A stretch of 63,662 nt of DNA, filler included, from Octopus bimaculoides (taxonomy: Eukaryota): assembly GCF_001194135.2 (NCBI RefSeq). It is 5 parts of 5 records of this genome, joined end to end, with 100 filler letters (N's around TTAATTAATTAA, not from the genome) between each part and the next. Parts side by side here need not be neighbours in the genome. Positions count along the whole stretch, not along the records: positions 1 to 23,168 come from NC_068984.1; 4 more parts are not named here. The stretch is one strand, 5' to 3'. The notes under the pieces are model-generated. The model searched no databases and was not told the origin of the DNA. It saw only the letters and a list, made by a program, of their open reading frames with translations. The position numbers and the translations under genes were made by a program. Position 1 is the stretch's first letter. Every line of letters begins with the position of its first letter. Of this stretch, positions 10,978-22,333 are shown one piece after another.

Positions 10978-11218
10978 GATAAAAGAGAAATGAACGACAT
11001 TGGGAAGAATATTACTTCTCGCTATATTATATCAGTAAAGTTCTAGAAGACTCTGACGTACACAGGATTTTCATTGTAAGTTGTACATATTAGCATTGGA
11101 TAACAAAAAACAATTACTTATGTTTACTAATGACTCTACAAAAGGATATTTTGAGCCTAGAGATACTGTTAGGAAGTAAGAATTACTGACGTATTAAATA
11201 GAATTAGTCTGTTAGCCT
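10978..11218 (+). other. Duplicated coding-like segment, copy B (frame open 11057-11175; candidate exon)
   Basis: DKREMNDIGKNI...KLYILALDNKKQLLMFTNDSTKGYFEPRDTVR; CAG at 11063-11065 and GTAAGA at 11176. Confidence 0.45.
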
Positions 11219-11313
11219 ACGCAGAGCTTTGAATGACCGGAAAATTCGTTCTGCCTGGCAGAAGTACATACATGAATACAGTACATAATACATACATACA
11301 TACATAAATACGT

Positions 11314-11365
<52 letters not shown>

Positions 11366-11432
11366 GTTACATATATATCATGTGTTATGCATAATGCATG
11401 CCATATGCAGATACATACGTACGTACGCACAT

Positions 11433-11607
<175 letters not shown>

Positions 11608-11732
11608 CTTTTATCTTTTCGTTTGTACATTTTTTCAATCATGTAACTACAGCCATGCTGAGCACAACGTTGAAACATTTTAAATCGAATAAATAGACCC
11701 TAGTTCATATTTCTTTTCAAAGCCTGTTACGT

Positions 11733-11810
11733 ATTCTATCGATGTCTTTTGCCGAACCGTTAAGTTATGATAGTAAGCCAACACCAGGTGTCAAGCGATG
11801 GTAGGAGAAA
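11733..11810 (-). mobile_element. SINE-A internal fragment
   Basis: TATTCTATCGATGTCTTTTGCCGAACCGTTAAGTTA...GTCAAGCGATG. Confidence 0.7.
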
Positions 11811-12197
11811 CGATGATTAAATAAAATAAAATAGATAATTACTTTTATTCTATATACCACATGGATGTAAAAAGGGAAATCTTCTATAAGGAAAAAGTTA
11901 ATTCCTCGGTTTATGTATTTTGGCCATAGTTATGAAAATTGCATATGAATCAACTTCGTACTATGTATATATGTGTAGTATGTTTTCGCTTCAAATTGAA
12001 CCCGGACTGTTTGGTTTCTAATTTAAGGAAATTTTCATGAACAAGATCCGGATCATCCAAATTGAGTGTTGACGTCATAAAAAATCTCATCGACGCCCAC
12101 CAATTACGCATCAGTTTTATTGATTGATATCGCCAAAATTAATGATGTGTAAATATTGAAGATTGTGAATAAGTTAAGATTTGATTCAGCTGAATGA

Positions 12198-12266
<69 letters not shown>

Positions 12267-13629
12267 ACAAACCGTAGACGACCATAGAATCAGAGAAAGA
12301 CAGATAGAGAGAGGGGAGAAGAGAGAAGTGAGAGGGGTAAAGGGTGAGAGGCTATTGGCTGACAAGAGGAACCGAACACAGTCGTACTTACTATCAGCGT
12401 TATTATGTTTCGGTCGATGTAAACGACTGGAACTAATACAAATATTGAAATGGCAGGGACCACAAGCACTCACTCTTTCGAATTTACTCTCATCTACACT
12501 GAATCACAGAAGCTGCCCAATTAAATAACTAACAGCAACATAATTTCCCGACGTTCCTCATTACTTTCGCTTTCTTGGAACCGTTGCCTTCCATTCAAAC
12601 TATTAACAATAAAAGATGATGACATTGTTTTCATTTTTGTTAAACATACCTCCATGAATAGAACACCTAATAACTACAAAACACTAAGATAAACTCAAAA
12701 TAGTTTAGTTGTTAAAAAATCTCCGGCCACAAGGATTCCCAGAGATAAATATTTAAAATACATCGACTTCTAAAGTTGGAATTAATAGTCTGATTAGGTT
12801 TAATCATATTTCGATGAAGATTCAACTTTAACTATAAACAGTTCCGTTGTTTTAAACATACTAAAATAATTTAGTTGATCATATCCCTATGCCTGCATTT
12901 TGAACCATTGCAAGCATGCTAAAGAGGTCTTTATTTCATCATAAATGTCTCCTTTTGTTTCAGCAGAGCGTAATTCATCAGTTCTTATATGGTTATTGTA
13001 CGCTTTACGCAGACTAGTGCTAGACTTACTCCACGTGAAATCTACGATACATATTTCATTACCACTCGATACAGTTTATTTCGCTTTTTCTATTCGACAG
13101 TTCAACTGTAACACAATAACCTATATATTTTACTCTATATCTTTGACTCGCTATTTGAAAATATATTACTTGGTCTTGACCAGACAAACCATTTTTGCAA
13201 AAAGTTTTCACTTTCTTAAATTTCTCAATTCTGCTCTATAAGCATCTGAGTCTGTCAAAACATATCTGAATATTTCAACGTTAAAGGAAGCCATGCAGTG
13301 ATATTCAGTTGGTTGACGATCACAATAGATTCTAAGAGAAAGATAATGACTCATATAAATGAAATCAATGGATTTTCGGTCTGGTTTCGGAGATAGTATA
13401 TAATGAAAGCACTCAATGGAATGTATTATTATGATGGTTATACATTTAAAATTTGTATTGCCAGATTTTAGTATCTTCAATAGTTCTGAAGAAATTGCGG
13501 TTGTATATAAACAAAGCTATATATATATATATATATNNNNNNNNNNNNNNNNNNNNNNNNNNNNNNNNNNNNNNNNNNNNNNNNNNNNNNNNNNNNNNNN
13601 NNNNNNNNNNNNNNNNNNNNNNNNNNNNN

Positions 13630-13661
<32 letters not shown>

Positions 13662-13915
13662 CGAAACATGACAAATAAGAGCATAAATGGAAATTGATAT
13701 ATTGATAAACGGAAAGAAAAACAAACCGATAAATATAAAACATTGATTGATATTTGGAGTGGCAAGAAAACAGTAAGATATTGATTATAGAGATTATGGC
13801 AACGTTTATATTCGTCGGTTGTGAGTGTGTGTGTTTATATACCCGTGTTTGTCTCTGAGAGAGTTTGTGCATATATTTCTATATACATAAACAGTAGACT
13901 TTATATTTGTCCTTG

Positions 13916-13966
<51 letters not shown>

Positions 13967-14189
13967 CTGTGTGTGTGTGTGCGCGTGTATGTATGTATGT
14001 ATATATCTGGTGATACAATGTATATACATACACCCATATGTATGGATCTTAGTCGGTATATATGTATATATATGAGTCATTTCTAGTTTCTATCACGTGA
14101 AAGTGTGTGTCTGTGTGTATCCATCTTCTGGTTCGTATACCTGATTCTTTGCTATTTATTATACCAAATCATATAGGTTCGTGTGCGTG

Positions 14190-14233
<44 letters not shown>

Positions 14234-14416
14234 CACACACACACACATATATATACATGCAATGTAGAAATTCTGCAAGATATACAAATAAATGATAAGT
14301 AAAGCACCGGCACATTTTCGATTCCCTGTTGTTATCCGTAGATCTATTGCAGGAACTTCGTAGTGGCGGTTGGGGTAGCAGTAATAATATAATAGGAGAT
14401 GGAATGTATAATAGTC

Positions 14417-14476
14417 TTTATTGGATACAACACATGTTTCGACCCTTTCTGGATTTCTTCAGGTACATCAATAAAA
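14417..14476 (-). ncRNA. Minimal type I hammerhead ribozyme (partly decayed), Penelope-associated
   Basis: Minus strand reads TTTTATTGATGTAC-CTGAAGA-AATCC-AGAAA-GGGTC-GAAAC-ATGT-GTT-GTATCCAATAAA: intact core, stem II with two transitions, interrupted stem I and a palindromic ACATGT stem III. Confidence 0.6.
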
Positions 14477-14879
14477 AGTCTCACTAGAGGTTTCTTGAAT
14501 CGGCTTACGTACCGCTATATATCCATCAAATTCGAGAATGAACACGATCAGAGAAAAATTATTGAAACGCAAAAAAAATCAAATATGAACGCGGCAAGTG
14601 TACATTCTAGTTTAGAGAAAATGACGTAATGAGCGATCGGTGTTCTAACTGTTAAGAGAAAGAAGATGAAGTAGAAGTTGAAAGAAAGATAATACTTAGA
14701 CGAATTTTTTTATACTACCAATCAACAAAGCAATAATTCCAATATCCATAATAATGATCCAAAACATAACACCAGTAACAATTCAAATAATAAACTGAGA
14801 ATACCTAGTGATAATAAAACGATAATATTAACAACCGACATACCGTACAGAACCAATCCCTCCAGCGCTCGATGTACAC

Positions 14880-15300
14880 AAACCAACGAAATCAAACTGT
14901 TATGCTCATGCACGGATGGATGAAATTGTCCTTTGCATAACCAATGCATAACTAAGAACGTGGTATACAAGTGTACTATAAACACTAGAGGAGGCCCATA
15001 CATATATATCGGGGCAACCATATCGCCAGCTTTCGAAATAGCCTTAAACGACATGTAACATCACTGGCCAATTTTAACTGGAGGCGTAAGGAAGAGAAGA
15101 GAAAATACTACCTTACATGGTCCATACTTAGACACGCGAGTCACTACAATACTATATCGCGGAAATGTCAGTTATGTTCCGAGGAGTCGCTCTAGATACT
15201 GTTAACAAAAGTACGCATTATAAATAACTTCATTGAACAATTACCCAGATGCCTACACGCAGCTAAACACGCTTCACATATTACAATCCCAACATTACAT
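14880..15300 (+). mobile_element. Penelope-like element GIY-YIG endonuclease pseudogene
   Basis: CSCTDG*NCPLHNQCITKNVVYKCTINTRGGPYIYIGAT, then after a frameshift HIASFRNSLKRHVTSLANFNW...LTWSILRHASHYNTISRKCQLCSEE...RCLHAAKH. Confidence 0.85.
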
Positions 15301-16378
15301 AACTTGATATATACATGGCACCCACAACTCTCAATACACATGAACTTGTGGAACATGGGTGGGACACTCAACAACTTGTTCAGGAGCATCCGGCAGTACA
15401 GATGTATCTCATCGGGTGATAAATAGATGCAGCTCGTTAGAATAACAGTCCGGAATGTAACTTCTCGATTTGTAGAAAGCAAAACAGCCAGACGGAGGAA
15501 ATATCTTCATTTATATAGAAGATCAAAAATAAAATCATAGATGGGGAAAAAAGGAGAAACGAACATGCAGTACAGCGAGAAAAATATTAGAAATAACCGT
15601 TAACAAATATGGATGTATAAACGCCCTCGGGCAAGCTGCATGGCGCGAGTACAATCGCACACACAAGCATCCGAGAAATGAGAGCATACGCACAGGTGAG
15701 GTTTGGTGCACTCACGATCACTCGCTAATTAAATATCGGTAAAATAATTACAAGACGAAACCAATTGATTGCATCGTAATGACTAACAAAAACCTCTGAT
15801 GGCGATGGCCCAACATAGGTATAGCAAAACGCTTGAAATAACAGAGCAAAATATTAAAGCAATACCAAAAATCAAAACAAAGAACAATGCATATGAGTGC
15901 AGTGGTAAAATGATCGGTTTGATAGATAATAGATTGATCCATTAAACAGTTGAACAGAGATTGAATGAATGCGCATTGAATAGGTATTGTCTATGACGGC
16001 TCTAATGCATTTGTGGTACAAAATTGTTGTTTTTCATTTCAGTTACGAAAACATAGCATATGTGGCTGTCATTAGTATGCTTGTACTCTTTCGGACGTTT
16101 TTTTTTTTTAAACTGTAGATGTCTATAGTGTGTATTGTGAATGCTATCAAATGCTATACGTGATGCCTATTATTGATATACTCTGATTGCATTTTTTTGT
16201 TGCTGCGTGTAATGTTTCTTTGCATTTGATGTTCTTTGATATCGGTTATAAGAAGAGCGACAGATGATTTAACTGAGGTTACTGTTGAATGTGTAGATTT
16301 CGAACGACGTTTCTGCTTGGTTTAAGTGTCTGCGGAATGATGGAAGGCTGTCAGTATGATATCGAATATGAACGAGGC

Positions 16379-16427
<49 letters not shown>

Positions 16428-16636
16428 ATGTATGTTCGAATATGTGTACGTATGAATGCATACATGCATATATGTATGCATATATGTATTCACATATGTA
16501 TACATGTATACATATGTATACATGTGGCGGTGTTTTGAATACATCATTTAAATGGCCGATTTTGTAGGATGGCTATTACAAAGTGAAATGGAGGAAGAAA
16601 GTCAGAAAGACCCACTAACACACACACATGACTCTG

Positions 16637-16674
<38 letters not shown>

Positions 16675-16710
16675 CAGGGGCATGTGTGTGGGTGGGTGGC
16701 TCTTTCGGAC

Positions 16711-16750
<40 letters not shown>

Positions 16751-16763
16751 CATATACATAGAG

Positions 16764-16794
<31 letters not shown>

Positions 16795-16844
16795 AACAGA
16801 GAGAGATATATGCGTGTGTATTTGAATGCTTGCAGGGTTACCTG

Positions 16845-16883
<39 letters not shown>

Positions 16884-17140
16884 CCGTGTTTCTGCGTGTT
16901 TGCGTGTTTATGTATGCGTGTTCCTGCGTTTGTGTGTTTGAGAAGGACAGAGAGAGAGAGAGAGAGAAAAGAAAGGGCGAGCGATANNNNNNNNNNNNNN
17001 NNNNNNNNNNNNNNNNNNNNNNNNNNNNNNNNNNNNNNNNNNNNNNNNNNNNNNNNNNNNNNNNNNNNNNNNNNNNNNNNNNNNNNNNNNNNNNNNNNNN
17101 NNNNNNNNNNNNNNNNNNNNNNNNNNNNNNNNNNNNNNNN

Positions 17141-17177
<37 letters not shown>

Positions 17178-17190
17178 CATATACATAGAG

Positions 17191-17221
<31 letters not shown>

Positions 17222-17271
17222 AACAGAGAGAGATATATGCGTGTGTATTTGAATGCTTGCAGGGTTACCTG

Positions 17272-17310
<39 letters not shown>

Positions 17311-18391
17311 CCGTGTTTCTGCGTGTTTGCGTGTTTATGTATGCGTGTTCCTGCGTTTGTGTGTTTGAGAAGGACAGAGAGAGAGAGAGAGAGAAAAGAA
17401 AGGGCGAGCGATACAGACAGAGAAACAGAGAGAAAAAGAGAGAGAAGGAGAGAGACAGCAGACAAACAAAGAGTGATTAAAAAGAAAGGGTAAGCCGGTG
17501 AGTGTGAATACATCACAAGCGACGGGGAGAGACAGAACTAGAGCTTTGGTCCGAATTAAAGATGATAGAGAGAGATATAGAAGGGGAATAACGATATTAA
17601 TTAGCAAATTTGGCAAATAGAATTATGATTAATTTCATAAATACAAAAGATTTCAAGCTGGAAATCAATTTACTATCAAACAAGTTCAAATATCGACGGA
17701 TATTACTTGTATCGTGGACAAAGTATATCGGTAATTATTATTGCACTTAGCATCGGTTGAATGGGCTGGTAGTGAGATCCTGCGACATGGCAACCTGTTA
17801 TTAGGTGGCTTTGAGAATTATATTGATTTCCTATGTCATGAAACCAATCGTCTATGATAGTTAGTGACCACTTCTCTACAAATCTCGGCGAATGATAAAC
17901 GCGAGAGAAGGGAAATGGAAGAAATTTGCATAGACAAACAGACAATGATATATGCATGAATGTATGTATGTATATAATTAAGTACATATATAAGTATAAG
18001 TATATANNNNNNNNNNNNNNNNNNNNNNNNNNNNNNNNNNNNNNNNNNNNNNNNNNNNNNNNNNNNNNNNNNNNNNNNNNNNNNNNNNNNNNNNNNNNNN
18101 NNNNNNNNNNNNNNNNNNNNNNNNNNNNNNNNNNNNNNNNNNNNNNNNNNNNNNNNNNNNNNNNNNNNNNNNNNNNNNNNNNNNNNNNNNNNNNNNNNNN
18201 NNNNNNNNNNNNNNNNNNNNNNNNNNNNNNNNNNNNNNNNNNNNNNNNNNNNNNNNNNNNNNNNNNNNNNNNNNNNNNNNNNNNNNNNNNNNNNNAGGGT
18301 AAAAAATTTGAAGTTAAGCAGCATGAATAAATGGAGCTTGTACGAAACGTACGTACTGCTATAACCTATTGAATTTTTGTTGCTTATCTTC

Positions 18392-18429
<38 letters not shown>

Positions 18430-18604
18430 TATGTATATGTGTGTGTTTGTGTGAGTCTGTGTGTGTGTGTGAGTGTGTATATGTCTGTGTATAGATATAT
18501 ATATATATATATATGCATGTATATATACTTATATACATAATTGTGTATGTGTTTGTCTCTCTCTCTCTCTCTCTCTCTCGTTCTCCTTCTCTTTCTCTCA
18601 GGCT

Positions 18605-18637
18605 TTATCTATCTATATATCTATCTATCTATCTATG

Positions 18638-18718
<81 letters not shown>

Positions 18719-18744
18719 ATCTATCTATCTATCTATCAATCTAT
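18605..18744. repeat. (TATC)n microsatellite forming the tail of SINE-D
   Basis: Directly contiguous with the 3' end of the minus-strand SINE-D. Confidence 0.9.
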
Positions 18745-19067
18745 CTTTGGTCAGGAATGACCATAGGATTGCACAGAAATTTTCTCTCCGAAGCATGTCT
18801 GGACAAAATTGTTCGTAGAAGAACAGTAGCTGCCCATGCATACCAGTTTTCCATCTCCACACCACAGATGTTGTCCAAAGGAAAATTATATGCCGTTGCA
18901 GCTTGGCACCACTGACGTCGCAACTCATTTCTATAGCTGAGTGAACTAGAGCAACGTGAAATAAAAGCGTCTCGTTGAAGATCAGAACCCACAGCCCGGT
19001 CCAGGAATCGAAATCATAACCACAGGATTGGAACTCCGACGCTCTAACCACTGAGCAATGCGCCTTC
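18745..19067 (-). mobile_element. SINE-D, tRNA-derived
   Basis: Minus strand GAAGGCGCATTGCTCAGTGGTTAGAGCG...TTTCGATTCCTGGACCGG (A and B boxes), then TTTCACGTTGCTCTAGTTCACTCAGCT. Confidence 0.85.
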
Positions 19068-19108
19068 GCGCGCGCGCGCGCACACACACACACATACACA
19101 CACATTGG

Positions 19109-19206
19109 TGGTCGAATCAGTCTTTGGCGACCTTGAATTTCACCTCTAATGAAGACTTTCTATAGCTACAGGTGAAACTCTGACTAATAAGAGACTGATT
19201 CGACCA
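19109..19206. other. About 98-nt fold-back hairpin
   Basis: Perfect 15-bp inverted repeat TGGTCGAATCAGTCT/AGACTGATTCGACCA plus an inner TTTCACCT/AGGTGAAA pair. Confidence 0.75.
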
Positions 19207-20333
19207 AATTAGAATATATTAACAATCTATTTTATATTATACAAGGCAATGTAATATATAGTGTAAACATGTCGGGAATCATTCTAACATCGTCACTGTT
19301 TTTCCAAATCCTGCTGAATTCCGTTCGGAATTTTGGGTCCTCCTAATTCGTCTTGGCATATGTTGCGGTCTACCTTTTATAGTTGTAAATTTTGGTCTGC
19401 CTGAAAATACGGCAAATCAACGTGCATGCCTTTGAGGCATCAAATTGAATAAACGTAAGCTAATTCGTTACTTGTCTACTTTTATTTCCATCGGTATTTA
19501 TTTAACTAATGATCAGCATATTTCTAGAAGGTCTTTTCATTGACATGAAATGATACGATAATTTAAAAGGTTAAGGATTCATGTATTTAACACCAAAGTA
19601 ATGTATATGTTAAATTGCCTGCTAGAGAGACCACACCTTCCCTTCGTTAAGCCCATAGACTAAACTCGAAACTTTTATTTGAGCACGTCGCTGCAAACAA
19701 TGAACTATAGTACTGTGCACTCCCTGTATCTGCACTCTATCTCTCCTTATCTCATTCCACTCTCTCTCAATAAATAACATGGTTGGTTAATCATCAGATA
19801 TAGCATGTCACTTGAATGGGATGTGACTATTTTGAAATGTAACTCACTATAACAGAATGGTTGTGCTTGTTTCCGATATGATTTCGTATATTTGCAGCAA
19901 GCCTCTTCATTTATAGTCTTATATACTTAAAACTTCTTGCTCATACATCGTGGTAAAGGAATAGTTTAACCATGTTGCTCTTATGTATGGAATTGGTGTA
20001 AATCTTAGGAAGGTGAACCCTATATACATATATATATGTATATATATATATATATATATNNNNNNNNNNNNNNNNNNNNNNNNNNNNNNNNNNNNNNNNN
20101 NNNNNNNNNNNNNNNNNNNNNNNNNNNNNNNNNNNNNNNNNNNNNNCGTACGCACACGTACATACATGCATAAACACACCCACGTACTCATATATATATA
20201 TACGCATATATCTATCTATCTATATATATATAATGTACAACTCCGAGATTTACACTACACATAAACAAAAATATTCTCTCCCTCTCACACACACATGCAT
20301 ACACGCACACAAAGAGACACAAACGCACACAAG

Positions 20334-20365
<32 letters not shown>

Positions 20366-20520
20366 TGTCTGTGTAGAAGAGTGAGTGTGAATAATTAAAT
20401 GTCATGATCTACACCATCTCATTCATGCAAACGTAAGTTTTCGCTGTTTAATTTTTGTTTTTGTTTATAACCCTCCAATCATGCGAGATATCACATCAAA
20501 GACACCCATCCACAGATTCA

Positions 20521-20590
20521 CAGTCGTATACTCATGCTCATATACTCACTTTCTATTTCTGATTGTTCTTTCTTTTTATTTTAGGTAAGT
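20521..20590 (+). promoter_or_regulatory. Strong 3' splice site fused to a perfect 5' splice site (recursive splice site)
   Basis: About 59-nt AG-free zone, branch-like TACTCAC, long pyrimidine tract, TTTTAG|GTAAGT (AG at 20583-20584). Confidence 0.65.
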
Positions 20591-20678
20591 ACGCTGCAAA
20601 TTTTCTCTACATCCACTCATGAATAAACGAGGTCGTAGTGGTGTACCAATTCGCTTAGCTGATAAAACCAGACAGAAG
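20585..20678 (+). other. Candidate 94-nt exon (RS-exon, or first coding exon MNKRGRSGVPIRLADKTRQK from ATG 20619)
   Basis: Bounded by the strong acceptor and by AAG|GTAAGT at 20679. All three frames entering from the acceptor hit stops; the ATG frame is open exactly to the donor. Confidence 0.55.
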
Positions 20679-21932
20679 GTAAGTAGTACAGACAGACATT
20701 AGATACAGATGGAAAAAATAAATATCTACTTTACATCTTCGTTTAATTGAATGTCATTGTCTCTCACAAGACTTTGTACTTCTATTAACAAATTTATTGC
20801 TAAGCTTAAAACCAACAGGCATCTTCTCTTTTTATTTATGTCTTGTTTGTATTTCTGTGAAATTGTAAATTTACATTAAAGATAATTTACATTAAAGATA
20901 ATTTACATTAGGTGAATATTTAAAGTTAAAGAAGACGACTGAACAGGGAACGTCTTAATATGAGCAAAAATGGCCTGATTAAAAATCTGAATCGTATGGA
21001 CAATAAATAGAAAAAGCGACACATTAAGTGGAAACATTTGATTGACACACACACACACACATTGTCACACAAACTCACAAACTCTCTCTTTCACACACAA
21101 ATACACAAATATATACTAAGTAACAGATCGATTTCACTCCTCGTATTACGTAAAGTGAATGCGAAAGACGTCCGCCTCTTCGGACATTCAAGCGCAAACT
21201 GAAGAAAAATCAAATTATTCGATATGTATTCGCGTAAGTGTGTGAGTATATATGTGTGCACTGATGTATGTGTGAGTGCTTATGTGTGCATTAATGTGTG
21301 TGTATGTGTCGATCATGTGCTTCCAATAATGAGTTACTTTTTTAAAATTTATTGTTCATATGATTCAAACTTTTAACCAGGCCTTATATATATATCGTTG
21401 CACATGCAACTTTAAGACGATTCTGTCTACTACAAGACTTGAAAAACAATATTCCACTCAAATAATAATCAGACAATATGTCAGTACACACTTGCATATA
21501 ATCGGGCGTTTTGTAAGGCATTTTTCTATTTTTCTTTAATAACCAATAGAGAAAAAATTGAGATGAGTTAAGCAGAAACATAGGTATTAAAAACAAAGAA
21601 AGACAGATCTTTTCACGTAGTATAATGCCTGGAATAACACTTTGCTCTCTCTAGGGGAAAAAAAAATTACTGAATTAATATCTTAATTAAAAGTGTTATT
21701 GCCTGGGGTTAGATATCATAAAAAGAATTCTGGTAAACATCTATCGTTTTGTATAATTTTCATGTGTTTATCAAATTTGATCCTATGACAGAGATTAAAA
21801 TCAATGGTATATGAAGTTTCTCGTCTAGTTTAGAAACACACGCATGCATCGATTTTGCGTCGATAGTTTGACACTTAAATGAATACATAGATACGTAGAT
21901 ACACACACATAAATATTATATATATACATATA

Positions 21933-22333
21933 TAGGCGTAGGAGTGGCTGTGTGGTAAGTAACTAGTTCCGGGTTCAGTCCCACTGCGTGGCACCTTGGG
22001 CAGGTGCCTTCTACTATAACCTCGGGCCAACCAAAGCCTTCTGAGTGGATTTGGTAGACAGAAACTGAAAGAAGCCCGTCGTATATATGTATATATATAT
22101 ATATATGAGCGTGTGTATGTTTGTGTGTCTGTGTTTGTCCCCCAACATCGCTTGACAACAGATGCTGGTGTGTTTAGGTCCCCGTAACTTAGCGGTTCGG
22201 CATAAGAGACCGATAGAATAAGTACTAAGCTTACAAAGAATAAGTCCTGGGGTCGATTTGCTCGACTAAAGGTGGTGCTCCAGCATGGCCACAGTCAAAT
22301 GACTGAAACAAGTAAAAGAGTAAAAGAGTAAAA
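21933..22333 (+). mobile_element. SINE-A, young and near full length
   Basis: Head, CORE-like body, internal (TA)/(TG) tract and (GTAAAAGA)n tail. Confidence 0.92.

Noticed and set aside
12400-12440. Minus-strand GTCG/CGAC hairpin followed by CGAAAC
   Set aside because: There is no CUGANGA upstream.
16690-17412. About 270-bp near-identical direct repeat either side of an N gap
   Set aside because: The identical copies abut the gap, which indicates unmerged overlapping contig ends.
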